Position numbers and translations under genes: made by a program. The notes under the pieces are model-generated. The model worked only from the letters and a program-made list of their open reading frames with translations, was not told where the DNA came from and searched no databases. DNA of 64,000 nt, from contig OZ024743.1 of NCBI GenBank assembly GCA_964016885.1, positions 291,338,001 through 291,402,000 of the forward strand. The letters are read 5' to 3'. This document shows, piece after piece, positions 12,874-27,015 of the stretch. The DNA comes from Eledone cirrhosa (taxonomy: Eukaryota). Within the stretch, counting starts at the first letter, position 1. The number at the start of each line of letters is the position of its first letter.

Positions 12874-14481
12874 TTATCGCCCCATTCCTATTCTCAGGTG
12901 GTTGAATGTCTTCCACTGGACACACGGTGTTTCTGAGCCAGGAGGGAGGGCTTCACACGAGGGGATTCCCATGTCAATAGGAGAGGAGTCATTATCTAGC
13001 TTTCTAGTCCATAGCTTTAGTCTACTTTCTTCATGAGATGTTGTTAGGAGCTGGACATGGTTGAGGAAACTTCTCCTTGACTTCAGTCGTTGGGGCGGAG
13101 GTTCACTGATAACCTTTTTGATCTCTACTCGGCTGGCAGCTTCCTGTCTCACATCTGCAGGGGCAATGCCACCGAGGAGATGCAGGTTGTTCGGGTTGGT
13201 AGGCTTCAGGCAACGAGTGATCAAACGGCAGGTGATGTTCAACGCTGGGTCTAGTTTACTGGCATGGATTGATCTCTCCCAAATAGGACACGCGTACTCC
13301 GCAGAGGAATAGCACAGGGCCAAGGCAGTACATCTTAATGTGTGTTCTATGGTTCCCCATTTGGAGTTGGTCAGATTCCGTAGGACGGTATTCCGGGAGA
13401 TGACTTTCAATTTGGTGTTTTTGATGTGTTCTTTGAATGAGATGGTGCGGTCCAGGGTTACGCCAAGGTAGACAGGATTAGTGCAGTTCTCAAGTGGTGT
13501 TCCTGACCATGTGACGTTAAGAGGTCGGTTGGCTTCCTGGTTCCTGAGATGGAACGAGCAGGCTTGAGTCTTCGCAGAGTTTGCGTGCAGGTGGCTGATC
13601 TCGTAGTAGAGGAGTAGCTCATCCAGGGCTGAGTTGAGGTTTGCTTCTACTGCTTCGAACGTACTCTCTTGGGATGTAACACAGAGGTCGTCAGCGTAGA
13701 TGAACCGCTCAGTGTTATGGTCCATTGGCTGGTCATTTGTGTAGATGTTATATAGTAGTGGAGCCATCACACTACCTTGAGGGAAGCCGTTCCTTTGTCG
13801 TCGCCAACGACTTTGCTTGTTGTTCAGGGTAACATAGAAGCGCCTGTCTTTCAAGAGGGCTCCAATGAGTTCTGTGAGTAGCAGGTCTTTTGTCAGCGCC
13901 AAGATATTTTTCAGAAGAAGGCGATGGTTCACAGTGTCGTATGCGGCCGACAGATCAACAAAGACGGCTCCTGTTACCAGTCCTTTCTGAAACCCATCTT
14001 CAATGTGCTGAGTGAGATTCAGGAGTTGGCTTGTTGTGGATTTGCCAGGTCTGAAGCCAGCTTGTTGTGGGGTGATGGCTGGTTCAGCAACTGGGGCCAA
14101 TCTGCTGAGGATAAGGCGCTCAAACAGCTTAAACGCGTGGCATAGCAGGGAGATTGGGCGGAAACTCTTTGCATGAGCTGGATCTTTACCCGGTTTGAGA
14201 GGAGAAATAATTCTGGTTTTTCTCCAGTTCTTTGGGATGTTTCTTGTCAGCATGCGGGTGTTCCTTAGCTCAAGGATCCATTTCTGTGTCAGAGGTCCAA
14301 AGTGCTTGATCTCCTCTGTGAAAATATTATCTAGGCCGATGGCTTTTACAGTCTTAAGGGCATTGATGCTGATATTGAGCTCTTCAAGCGAGAATGGCTT
14401 AGTCAGTTCTGTGGTTTGGAAGTACTGAAGTCGGTCCACCTTTGGTCTTGGCGGTTTGGTGGTGGATTTCCCATTGAGCAA
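12874..14481 (-). pseudogene. Reverse transcriptase segment of the Vingi-type LINE
   Basis: 535-aa ORF with complete RT motifs. Confidence 0.92.
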
Positions 14482-14514
14482 CAGCTGATATGCAACTTGT
14501 TTGGCGGTGATGGT

Positions 14515-15447
14515 CTACTGCTGTTGTGTTGGGGCTAACTGGTCGTTGCTGATTTTCCGGATTAGACTCCATGCCTTTTTACTGTTTGTCGTCATATCAG
14601 TGTTCTCCAAAAGGTTTTGCCATTTCCGTTGGCGGCATTCTGATAGGGAGGTCATGAGTCCCTCACCTACTTCGATGGTACTTTCAGCAAAGGGGTCAGA
14701 TTCATAGAGCTGTTGGTATTGATCATATGGTTCGCTGCTTTGAGCATCGAGTCCAGGAATGTATTGAGTGCGGCAGCCTCTTGGTATGTTCTTCCGAGCT
14801 GCTTGGTGCACAAACTTAGTGAAGTTATCGTTGTTTTGGGGGTCCACTGGGAGGTGAGCAATATTCCTTTCAATATCTTCCTGGAAGCCAGGCCAGTTCG
14901 CTTTCCCAAAGTCGAATCTTCTTCGGAGTCGAACTGTGGCTAGGCTGATTACAGCATTGACTGTAATGCCAATGGGGCGGTGCTGGGATTTTGGCAGTGG
15001 ATCCAGTACCAGCTTCTTGCTCACTCCGGTGATGTTATGACTGACAAACACGATATTAGGATTGTAACCTGCTTTCCATCGTCTGCTGTTGAAAGATTTT
15101 GGTTGTATGGCATCGTGGATCAAATGAAGCCGGTTGCTTTCAGCCCATGCTTCCACTGCATCTCCATCTGCATTGTTATTAGCATATCCCCATTGTGTGC
15201 TGTGGCGTTTGAAGTCTCCGATCACAATCTTTGGTTTACCAGATGATGGTATTTCTGGCATCACGAGAGGTGTGAGAGGTGGTTTGTAGACTGAGGTGAT
15301 GTTAATTCCTCGGAGCTCAGCGGTTAGGACTTCGATGTTATTATCATCGTTATTTGATGATGAATCGAAGATTGTCCCATTGTTTTCTAGCATGGTGCTT
15401 CCATATTTCTCATGTGGTCTTTCTATGAGGGTGGTCATTGATTCCAT
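14515..15447 (-). pseudogene. AP endonuclease segment of the Vingi-type LINE
   Basis: SVYKPP, IGDF, SQHRP motifs; same frame as the RT segment, separated by one stop. Confidence 0.9.
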
Positions 15448-15679
15448 ATGAGGGCGGGGATGTTTAGGTCCACGGTGGGTTTCTTGTAGGCAGAGAATGT
15501 CACACTGATGCTCTCTGCAGAGTTTTGCAACAAGTTCTTCTTTAATCCTTCAATATTTAGAGATATAATGGTCAATGCTGGCCTTAGTTGGTCTCTCTTC
15601 ATGCTCCGGACTGGTAGGCTACCGTCATTCGTTGAGCTTCTGGTCATTGCTTGTCTTTTAGCTCCGATTTGAAGTGTTT

Positions 15680-15751
15680 GGTAGAATTCGCAAGTAAACG
15701 TGGGTATTACTTGACAGGGATCGCGACGTGAACGCTTCTACCTTGATCCCC
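15680..15751 (-). ncRNA. HDV-like ribozyme at the LINE 5' end
   Basis: P1 GGGGATC/GATCCCT (G-U at +1), P2 GGTAGAA/TTCTACC, P3 GCG/CGC, L3 TTCACGT, P4 CAAGTAA/TTACTTG, J4/2 CGAA. Confidence 0.85.
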
Positions 15752-16484
15752 TTGAGTCGGTGTTAAAAGAGGTGCTCACATTTAGAATATCTAATTACGT
15801 GGAGTTCTGTGATAGGCCTTATTAGACTTTAGAATCGTAATGCCTTGCTTCTCTTCAATTCTACATTAAGCTTTATATATCTATAGCCTTACACTGTCCA
15901 TTGATGTTCCACAAAATATAATGATGAGCAATGAATATTTTGATCAACTCAACGTCCCATTTCATTTCGGCCGATTCACAATAAATCAAATTAAATTCGT
16001 GATAAATCAAACCAAAAAAGACTCAAATGGACACGTGAGGTATATGCTACGATTCTACACGCATATATTACCGGAGCAATATATGCTAAAAATGAAAACA
16101 CACATATAAAATCTGGAAAAGAACACACTTTGATTTAAAGCTCGAAGACAACAAGATAGCAAATTTGAATGATTAAAGGCAAAAAACGTATCAAGCAGGG
16201 AAATAGAGAACTCAAAATTACAGAACGAAAACAGAAATAACGAGCACGAAACAATATTGAGAAATTAAAACATAAAGAAAAACATTTAAAACAGATTCAG
16301 TAAACAGCAAAACGCAGAAAACACCACCCTAAGTCAAAACAAATACAGATCACCAACCCCCCAAAATTGATTCAAGACAACACAACCAAAAATACAAATG
16401 AAAAGAGGGAAGAATAAACAACTAGAACCTGAAAATTATGATGGGTATGTTAGGCCTGTTGAAAACGAAGTATTATTTGAACCC

Positions 16485-16600
16485 TGTGTTCAAATTCCGC
16501 CGAGGTTAACTTTGCCTTTCATCCTTACGGGGTCGATAAAATAAAGTACCAGTAATGAACTGGATAATTGCTGGCCTTGTGCCTAAAGTAGAAACAATTA
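16485..16600 (+). mobile_element. SINE family 1, 5'-truncated
   Basis: B-box and shared core. Confidence 0.85.
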
Positions 16601-16639
16601 TTTGAACCCTGGTCTGGCAATAGGAGTATGACAATCGGA

Positions 16640-17960
16640 TAATGAATCACTTGAATGACGAAGATGGCGTTGGGCGATGATGAATGTTCTGGAAGAAAAT
16701 GTACCGCTGAATATGAAAAAGATAAAATGATAAATGTTATACCCAAGAAGCAGCCTGTAGATATAACTCAAACAATGAGTCGTTTTCGAATACTTGTATT
16801 GCTTGTCAAGAAGAAACTAAGCAGAAGAAATCAAATGAAACATGGCGGAAACCACGTATTAAACAGGGCAATACGTTCAAGTCAATATTACATAAAATCG
16901 AGCACTGGTTTAGAATAAATTGGATAGATGGAAAAACGACTGCTCAAGATCCCTAGGCAAGAAATATAATATGCAGAGAATGTATTTCCTACAGTAATGC
17001 CACAGTTAAAATAGAGGATTCTATCGAATAGCCGTGCTATGAAAAGAGATATGAAAATAAATAAGCAGGTCGAGGAAAATAAATGATTCCAAAATAATCC
17101 CAATCATTTCTTCCGCACTTTGGAAGAAGAACATGTGGAGGATGTTTTCTTGTTCTAATACAAGAAGGTATGGAATACGATATGGTGAAACCGTGTGATA
17201 CATAGCGCTGACGCTTAATGGATAGAAACCTTTTAGACAGAATTGCGAGAAAAAATAAAGAAAAAATTACTGCCATAATTCCAAATGATATGTTCAATAG
17301 GAAAACAGGAAATGAAGCCTCATGTAGTGAATTATCATCGGGAGAGAATATGAATGAACCAGATGATACTGGCTAAAGAATTTTGGGATTTTAGAACTAG
17401 ACAATATTCTGTAGTAATGATAGAAGAACATGACTGAAAATGAGCAACATGACTGAAAATGATTTTAAAATCGAACCTGAACGCATGAACATCTGAGCAT
17501 TTGCAGTGGTTAAATAATTTCTTTTTGACTAATAAACAATAAAAAGTTGGATATAAACACTAGGATGGTCAGGATATTATTCAGAGCTTTGCACCATCAA
17601 GGAAATTTAAATAAGTTATACATGGTGTAAAACAAAGGTGGCAAAATTCTCATCAGTGTGGATTATCGCATAAATAGAGAAATGATAATGCTTGCAGAAT
17701 ATTCGTTAAATATTAAAGAGGATTTGTTACAATATGCAGCATTTTGGGGTATAAAGGCAAATGAAATATTAAGAAAAGAAGAGTTTAACCATAACGCTGA
17801 GTTGGAGGGATACAGATATCTAGGAATGAGAATGCATGATCAATATGAAAGAGATTCAGAGGATATCAAAGAAAACAACATCGTGCATCTGATAACACTA
17901 TATTTTTAGATAAGGTTTCAACAGTGAAGCAGAGGAGAAAAACTCTTTATATGAGACGAC
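16640..17960 (+). mobile_element. Heavily decayed LINE RT remnant (RTE-like)
   Basis: Scattered residues only (YIADA, EGYRYLG); many lesions. Confidence 0.35.
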
Positions 17961-19927
17961 ATTTTCTCTTTCTATAATTTTGGGTTTGTGCTTCGATGGC
18001 AAGTACTCATTTACTGTTTAGAGTGAGAGAACACAAAATTTCGTATAAAAGTTTGTAACAAGAGGTTATATTGTGCAACGTTATTGGCTCTTAGTCATGT
18101 TAGCATATGCATTATGGCCTATGTTGTTCTTTAAGAGTATTTCTTTTATTTCATCTGATCATATATCTTATCCTATATTACAGTAGATACCGTTCTCTAA
18201 ATAGATACTTTACGGGAAATTGGTGTGTGTATTTATAATTCGTGTTGGAGAAAATGTTTTCATTCAGAGAGTCATGTCTGTGACGTTCCTGACGTAATAT
18301 ATTATTACATAATTTTGCCAACAATTTTCTCTGTACCGTTTATATATTTCAACAAGCCGTTCTGATCGTTCTCACTTCATTATACATACTTTGTCTTATA
18401 TATGTAGATTCTGAATTATGAATTATTTTCAATATCAGGATTAGTTTTTAAGATTCTTCATTAATGATAGTAATTGTTTCAAGCATTTGTCCTTTTTGAT
18501 ACCCGAATCAGTACCCTCCTAAATCTTGTCAATACATTGTTTTCTGTTTTTCTATTCTATAGTTCTCCATTAAAAATCATTTTGGCTCGGATTCAAACGC
18601 TTTATTCAAATATCGTTGTCGTTTCAAATGACAACAAATAGGTGCAATTGGAGATCTCTTGTTTTAAGCGGTACACTCTGCGGGTAGAATGTTCTTTTGT
18701 AACATTTTATTTCTATAGTATTTGTATTTCTATACTATATTTATATAGTATGTCTGTTGGTGTGAAATTTAAAATTCTACAATGTATAGATTGGTGGAAG
18801 TACCGGCATTCCTATGTAGTCAATGTTGTGAAAATCTATTTTGGTATTAGGTATGAGGAACGAACCGAGCCATTGTTTTGTTTTTTTCTTAAACTGACTT
18901 CAGAAGAGTGGATGAAATTTATCATTTTGTTTACTCTCTCTCTCTGACAAGTCTGTCTATCTAATCTCTTCGTTCCTCACACTAACATCATACCCACAAA
19001 CATATTTATTTATCCGTTGCTACAGGGGAATCTATTTTACGTTGTATGATTAGTTAAATTATCGGAAGAACAGGCGGTCTAAAAGCTGATTGAGAATATT
19101 TGTGTTATCTACACTTGTCCATTTTATTCATTTTCTCCTTTTTTCCTATCACTTCTGCGAGCTAACACACGTCTAGCCGCTTATCTCTATCCTTTGTGGT
19201 AAATTTTACCCGACGCCCTCATTGACGGCATTTTGATGATTTAACAGCTTTCTTGCGTTGAATTTTTCCATATATTTTATGATTCTCTGTGGAGATATTG
19301 TTGTTCGGACGGATAAATATTTGAAACATTTACTGACCAAAGAATGACGACTATTTCAATGGCTTCAAGTTATAAGTTTTACTATTGGTGTTACTATCCT
19401 ATAGCTACCTTACATTTGTTATATAATCTATACGATTATCATTTCATTTATCCTAATAATTTATTTAATTTTAGTTATATAATCGTCTGTTACATTTTCA
19501 GAAATTTCCATTCTGAAATGTCAACTTTCATTATTCTTTTTTCTTTCTTTCATATTTTTGTTTCTGTAGACCTTGTTTTCCTTTTCCTGTTTGATATTCA
19601 GCGGGTATTCTAAGCTTGAAGTATGTCGTGAATTTCTACTTGTTTACTTCGTTTTGGAGGTGTTTAGTCTCTCTTACCAATTCATGATATGTTTGTTTAT
19701 ATCTATCATAATTTTATTCTCAATTTGCATTTTAAATTGACAACATTTGTTAGACTTTTCGTTAGATTTATAATTTTTTTAGGTTTTCTGTATAAATGCA
19801 TGATGTTATTTTATGTTAGATTCCCAAATAAATGTTTTCTTTTACAAAAAATGGTTATATTTTAGTCTTTAGCTTTAATTCAGTTCTGCTTGATGAGGCA
19901 TTATATGAAACTAAATTGGTAGTAAGA

Positions 19928-20035
19928 ATAATTGTTTCTACTTTTGGCACAAGGCCAGCAAATACTCAGTGCATTACTGGTACTTTATTTTATCGACCCC
20001 GTAAAGATGAAAGGCAACATCTACCCCGGCGGGAT
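19928..20035 (-). mobile_element. SINE family 1, truncated
   Basis: Shared core ttatcgaccccgtaaagatgaaaggcaa. Confidence 0.85.
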
Positions 20036-21805
20036 TAAGAATAATGTTCATGAATAATGATATTTCATATTGATCTTCAGTAACTTGCTCATGCGAGATC
20101 TATATATCTTCCTGAAATAACTTTAACAATTATGAATTCCGAAACAAGGTTTAATCATACGTTTATGACATGAAAATTAGATATTCACATTATTTTATAT
20201 TACATTGTAATGCTGTTCTTTATGTTTTCCATGCTTCACATTCATAACTAAGAACACTGATGAACATGTCGGTGAAATATCAGTATCTTAGTTAGAGATA
20301 TAACACCAGTGACGAGTTGGTACAAGCTCTTCTCGCCCTAACTGCACTGCGACACATTGTTATTATGAGCACTCCCAGTATAAAGGATAAATAACATATT
20401 TTGATCTAGTTTGATAACGTGCATTTTAAACGAACCATGATAGATTGTTCTATAAAAATAATCCGCTGCGTAATCCATAAGAATATATCTTCATCCGATC
20501 TGTATAAGCATACATCTAGTGGCTGAAATAATAAATATATCAATATATCAATATCGATGTATACTCAATATATTCTAATATTTTCCGTAAAGTGTATATT
20601 AAATAGCCAACAGAAGATATCTAAATCTCTTGTCATTGTGTATACAAAGTGACGTGAGTAATTCTATTAAATATTGTGGGTATCAACATGATTATACCAA
20701 ACAGATGTTCATCATTGGTTAATCCATATATAATATATTGATTTCCTTCATTCAAGCACACTCATTGTTTGTGGATTACTGAAAATATCATTTTCAATGG
20801 TACTATCACTGAAACGGTCTACCTTCAGGTAAGGAATCAACTTTTTTATTTGTTGAATGTTCAGGAAAACTAAATTTAAAGGTGGTAGTATATAATAGTA
20901 TCTCATTTCATAGATTGTAATGGTTTTACATTCATATATCTATATTTATATGAGAATATCTGTGCGTGTTTGTGTATGTGTTTACAGGTACACGTGAATG
21001 GAATCCTGATTTTCATGACTAACGCAACGTCATTAAAATATCAGATATTGTAATGTGTTTACGTTCATGGAGTATAATATAATTTTGCAAATTTATTTGT
21101 TTTGTGCATGTAAAACAAATCAAGTCAATATAAGCTGTAATATGGCACGCATAATTCATACATTCGAATACGACATTAAATGACCAAATAAGACTGCTAG
21201 ATGGTTCGGGGATTGAAGGACATTTTGTAGCTAGACATTTATGCCAACAAAGTACACACCACTTGAATAGCCAACCTATGGTGAGCTCTCAAATAATTAA
21301 GAAACATGCGAATCTCTCAACAAGTGAGCAACTAAGATGAATGGCATATATACGCGGATGTTGCGTACAGCCGCTAGATTTATCCTCACTTAATGTAGCA
21401 GGGCATTCAGGATTTGACAACTGGAGGGAGCGATAGCTTAAGTTTTATCCATCTAGCAGTAATTCTGGCGACAGAATTAAGGTGAGTGACGGCTCACGCC
21501 GAATGGAAATGGTCAGTCGCCAGATTTGAATGGTCAAACGTACAGATGACGTCTCGAAGTCTGGACCAATCGACGGGCTGCGCAAACAGGATTATGGCAG
21601 ATGATAGAAATTCTAAGGGTCGGAGTCCAACAGAAAGAGGATTTTCCTCGAAGTCGCCGGACGTATCTAAGGAACTTGCGAATCTAGAGTCAGGTTCGAT
21701 CCACAAACAGATCACAGGCATCTCGAGGTGTTCGCATGAGAAACAATTGTAATACGTAATAAATCCTGTTCCGATGCATCACTGATTCTTCGCTTTCCAT
21801 ATTAA

Positions 21806-21897
<92 letters not shown>

Positions 21898-22093
21898 CCA
21901 CACACACACATATATATATATATACACACATATATATGTATATATATATATATATATTAGAAAGTGACGTTTTTTTACAAATTGAAAAATAACCGAGGTG
22001 TCCTACACGAGTGAAAGTATAAAGAAAAATAGATGAAATCGAAAATGCAACTGGAGTCTTATTTTTAAAAAAAATATATATATTTATTTGGTT

Positions 22094-22131
22094 CCTTTAC
22101 CGGTTTCGCAGTTCTTCTCCTTTTCAAAAGG
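22094..22131 (-). ncRNA. Hammerhead motif B, left arm (one stem II mismatch)
   Basis: Reverse complement of 23336-23373. Confidence 0.6.
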
Positions 22132-23335
22132 TGAGTTGAGATGGAGGGTCTGTGGTTTTTCTCACATCTGGTTGGTCTCTGAATGTTACTTGTTTTATAT
22201 GGAAAAAGTGGCTCGAAATGCCAGGTTTTTCGAGAAGTAATTTGATTGGTTTGTCAATAATTATAATAGATTTCGCGCCAGTTCGCGTTACAATAGTTCT
22301 TCAAATAAGAGGTGGGGGGTTGTCACAGGTTGGTTTTTCATATATGGGAGTTTGAATTTCTTTTTACTTGAAAAAAGGGGCTCACGAAGGCTTTGTTTTT
22401 GGTTGGTTATAAATGAAATTATGGTTGTCACGTGAACAAGTTTTCATTAAATTTTCGTGCCCTTATTTGGAAATCCATTCTGTAGCCTTTTTAGAGAATT
22501 TTATGATAAGTGAAAGATAATGGTCAAGAGAAAGGGATGGGAGAATTGTTCTGGTTCAGTGAATATTGTTAGTTCGCTTGGGTGTCAGAATTCAGATTTT
22601 CTATTGAATAAAGACAGTAAAGATATGTATGTTTATTTGTGTGCTTGTGTGTGTGTGTGTTTGAATTTCTTTACTTAAAAAAAGGGTGACTCACGAAGGC
22701 TTTTGTTAATAAACGTGATTTGAATCACGTTTATTAAAAAAAAGCCTTCGTGAGCCACCTTTTTTTTAAGTAAAGAAATTCAAACACACACACACACAAC
22801 ACACACACACACACACACAAGCACACAAATAAACATACATATCTTTACTGTCTTTATTCAATAGAAAATCTGAATTCTGACACCTCAGCGAACTAACAAT
22901 ATTCACTGAACCAGAACAATTCTCCCATCCCTTTCTCTTGACCATTATCTTTCACTTATCATAAAATTCTCTAAAAAGGCTACAGAATGGATTTCCAAAT
23001 AAGGGCACGAAAATTTAATGAAAACTTGTTCACGTGACAGCCATAATTTCATTTATAACCAATCAAAAAAAAAGCCTTCGTGAGCCCCTTTTTTTCAAGT
23101 AAAAAGAAATTCAAACACTCATATATGAAAAAACAACCTGTGACACCCCCCCCCCCTCTTATTTGAAGAACTATTGTAACGCGAATTGGCGCGAAATCTA
23201 TTATAATTATTGACAAACCAATCAAATTACTTCTCGAAAAACCTGGCATTTCGAGCCACTTTTTCCATATAAAACAAGTAACATTCAGAGACCAACCAGA
23301 TGTGAGAAAAACCACAGACCCTCCATCTCAACTCA

Positions 23336-23373
23336 CCTTTTGAAAAGCAGAAGAACTGCGAAACCGGTAAAGG
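23336..23373 (+). ncRNA. Minimal hammerhead motif B, U3-A8 core variant
   Basis: cctt TTGAAAA GCAG aagaa CTGC GAAA ccgg TA aagg. Confidence 0.75.
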
Positions 23374-23442
23374 AACCAAATAAATATATATATTTTTTTT
23401 AAAAATAAGACTCCAGTTGCATTTTCGATTTCACCTCTTTTT

Positions 23443-23514
<72 letters not shown>

Positions 23515-26500
23515 ATATGTGTGTGTGTTTTGGAGGGGTGAATGTTCCGTCCAAACTAAAAGCTCGCAATTATTGACTGTAACGTCAAAAGTATGAGTGG
23601 AAAGTAAAAGTAGGAATTACCATGTGTAAAATCCTTTGGTTAACTTTCACAGTTTAAACGATCAATGACGCCAAACACATTATTATTAACTAATCATTAG
23701 ATTGTAGTTAAATTCCAGCGAGATTCCTCTTGAAGTTAATCACCATAAACTTTTGGAATTTGGCCACAAACTGATATGACAATTTAATTTTCTGAGCTAA
23801 TAGATTGTGATTTCGAACTATTTGAAAAGATGTTGCACTTACGTAATATCAAAAGGTTGTTCTGCCACATTGAAGCGAAATATTACCGGTAAAATCAACA
23901 GCTATTTTTATAGCATACTTAAATTTATTTACCAATGCCATTTAGGTTCTTTAGAAACGTAGCAGCAAGTGAAAAATTCGTTTCAAACTTGGCGAGCAAA
24001 ATTTATTTTACATTATTTGTTTTCTTCTTTTTTAGATAAACGATCTTTCCGTAATTATCAAATTTCTAGGGAAGAGAGAGTTCATAATACTACGTAATTT
24101 TAGCTTCAAAATTCCATCCTATCAAAGAGTTTTAATAACCTATTATCCCTTTAAATTTTAACATCTCCATCCCCCACACGCTATTTATAAGGCACTATTA
24201 TTAAATATATAAACAAGTAAAATAAATAATATGAAATCAAGAAATTCAATTATTTAACTAAATTATTCTAAGGATATCTCTAAAGACCCACATGGTCATC
24301 AAAGCAATTCATTGTCCACTAAAACCAATACACAATAAAATAATAAAGTATGTTGATATTAATATTATTTGTATTATTGTTATTAAATAAAGAGGGCAGA
24401 TAATTTCAATGTCATCTTTACAGTCAACGATTAATTCTAAAGATTGTAAGAGCAAACTCTTCCACGACCAACTTGTGTTAGGATATTAAAATTAATTACT
24501 CTTCAATTTTTTCATCCTTCAAATTTATCAAGCTTTACCCAGAAACACAGCATAAGGCGAAGAAATTATTTTTAACGTAAAAGGACTTTAACGTTCTTTA
24601 AATGATTTGGATTTAGAAAAAAAATTCTTCATAAATTCCAATTTAATTATAATATATTTCAATTTTCGCTGATTGTTATCGTTCATTTCTTATTTCCGTT
24701 TCGTTCCCTTTAATATTTCATATATGACTAATCAATCCTTTTGGTTGATGTAACGTTGTCTTTCATCAAATAAACTGAAAGTAAAAATAATAAATTGCAT
24801 ATAACATTATTTAAAGAGTGATCTTACAGCTTCTGAATTAAAAATCTAAAATCAGGAATGATGAAATATTTCTTTTTAAATACGTGATTAAAATTATACA
24901 TTTTCTTTCACCAGTCAAAAGCGAGAATGGTCTACATGAACATACATTCAATTAAATAAATATTTCTCTGAATCAAATAATTCATTGTCATATCGAATTA
25001 TTTCCATTCTATAAGCAACATAATATTCCAGTAACTGATTTGTTATTATTTTATTTCACCGATTATTCTTTTCATATTCATATGAATATTTGAGATAACA
25101 ATTTTAAAAGTTCACAGCTGATATTTTATGTGGTTTATAAATTTCAAAAAGAAAAATGAATCAATTGGAATGTGTAGGATATATATCAGAATTATAATTC
25201 TCTTTAGAAAATTATTTACACTGGTGTAATTAACCATTGGATTCTTCATTTAGTTTGAATGTTGGAAGTGCTTATGTCACCGCTTCAGTTACAGAATTGT
25301 ATGGAAAGATAAAAAGTCTAAAATGTATATCCGGGACAGGATTTATGTCCTGAATCATTATGTATGTAACAGAACATTCAATTATGTTATTCATAGTTTT
25401 AAATACAGCTTATATGTTACATTGATGTTTGACCAATTTAATTAGTGTCATTGTCTGAATGGATCGTAAAATCCCATAATTTAGTGAATTGGTCATCATT
25501 ACAGACACTTTGCGATGGATGTATTTTCTGTGTAATTTCGTTGCGTATTTAATATTTCTATAGTTTCCAGTCAAGGTGATTCTCTGGTCTATGCATTTTC
25601 CTCCTTTTGGCTGAGAGTAGGTATTCAGAAACAATGTGATTTGCAGTTTGTTTTTAAGGGCCTTAATTATTGTATACTATGAAAGCGAGTTTATATGTTG
25701 TAGATTCTGTACCATAAGTGGTGATATATATCCAAGATCGGTTCGGTCTTTAGTGTGTGTGTCTTGAAGCTATTTCTCACTACGTAGGTTTCTGATCAGA
25801 TTATCAACTATACTATGACTTTTCTAGCCAAATTAATAGCATCTCACTATGGAGGTATTTTATTGTAATTTACTCTGTTATTTCTTAGATATTTACATAT
25901 TTTCTTTCGCACTCGACCTGTTACTACAATAAAATGTTTATGAATATATCTTAGAATTCTGGTAAAACAGAAGGCGTGGCTTCCTCGAATACAAATTTGC
26001 AGTAGATTATTTAAAATAGTCACCTAATTTAAAAGGAATGTGACCTGCATTGAATGTTTTCTCTAAATGGAGATTTTTGTTTTCCAATATTAATACTGCA
26101 TTTACTGTCACGATCAAAATGTTATGATTCCAACACATCTTTGAAAAGTTAGTGCAGATAAATACATTCTCTTATTAATGTTTATTTACACAATAGCTAT
26201 TTATCTAAAACCTCAATAATACCTCCAGTATACATTCCTGGATTTATTGAGGCCTGGGTAGTTATATATATATATATAGTAAAATTATCGCATCTCTTTC
26301 CATCTATCGGAAGTCATCTAATTGTAATATTTTACATATATACAACATTGTTATTCATATACTCTATACTGCTTAAGTATAACCGTATATTGTACATGTC
26401 TAAGCAACGCCATATACAAATTCGCTTCATCCACTCTCGTATAGTGCGCCGATTATATAATTCAGTGAGTGTCCGATATAGTGCCTAAAATCACCTCCTA

Positions 26501-26824
26501 TTTAGAACATTCATTTTATGTATTGTGAGTGTTTTAGTTTTTAATATTTTATGTTTACTTGGCTGCTTGTCTTCCATTAACTCGCGACGAGATATTCCTG
26601 CATGGTATTAGATCTATAAGAACTGAGAATCAAATCGTAATATTTTAGGTAATAAACCCCTATCATTCAATTTATTCAATTCATTCTTCTCGAAATTTCA
26701 GTTGTAACTGTCAAGTTTAGCAACAGATACACTTATCATCAGCAGACTCTGAAGAAACATTTACCTGGCATTAGGAACACGGGGAAGATTTTTGCATTGA
26801 ATATTTCTTCAATCTTATGCAAAT

Positions 26825-27015
26825 ACTTGTTTCTATTTTTGGCACATGGCCAGTAATTATCCCAGTGCATTACTGTTACTTTATTTTTATCGAACCCGGA
26901 TGGATGAAAGGCAAAGTTAACCTAGGTGGGATTTTAAATCTGACCGTAAATGGCCGTAACTTTATGCTACAAAGCATGGCATAAGATCCTTTACTGTTTC
27001 TGGCAATCCAGCACT
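26825..27015 (-). mobile_element. SINE family 1, diverged
   Basis: Homologous to 5570-5756. Confidence 0.85.

Larger units (their letters stand above)
12673..15751 (-). mobile_element. Full-length Vingi-type (Ingi group) LINE: APE + RT + C-terminal Cys/His motif, disrupted
   Basis: SLNIEG, IGDFKRHS, FRPISLL, QAGFRPG, DLSAAYD, PQGSV, YADD, AEYACPIW, CECG..H..C; no ORF1 or RNase H; TSD gagtcggtgtt at 12662-12672 and 15754-15764; short AAG tail; in-frame stop at 14515 and frameshifts. Confidence 0.9.
21958..23448. mobile_element. Fold-back PLE-type insertion B (about 1.4-kb palindrome) in (TA)n
   Basis: Arms 22018-22720 and 22723-23448 with a 2-nt spacer; tail 21958-22017; HHR in each arm. Confidence 0.85.

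Noticed and set aside
20250-20290. CTGATGA..GAAA hammerhead-like string
   Set aside because: Only a 2-bp stem II, no stem I and no PLE context
25400-25870. Possible decayed PLE RT on the minus strand
   Set aside because: Only faint residues (DAINLA, YSQPKG); too weak to call
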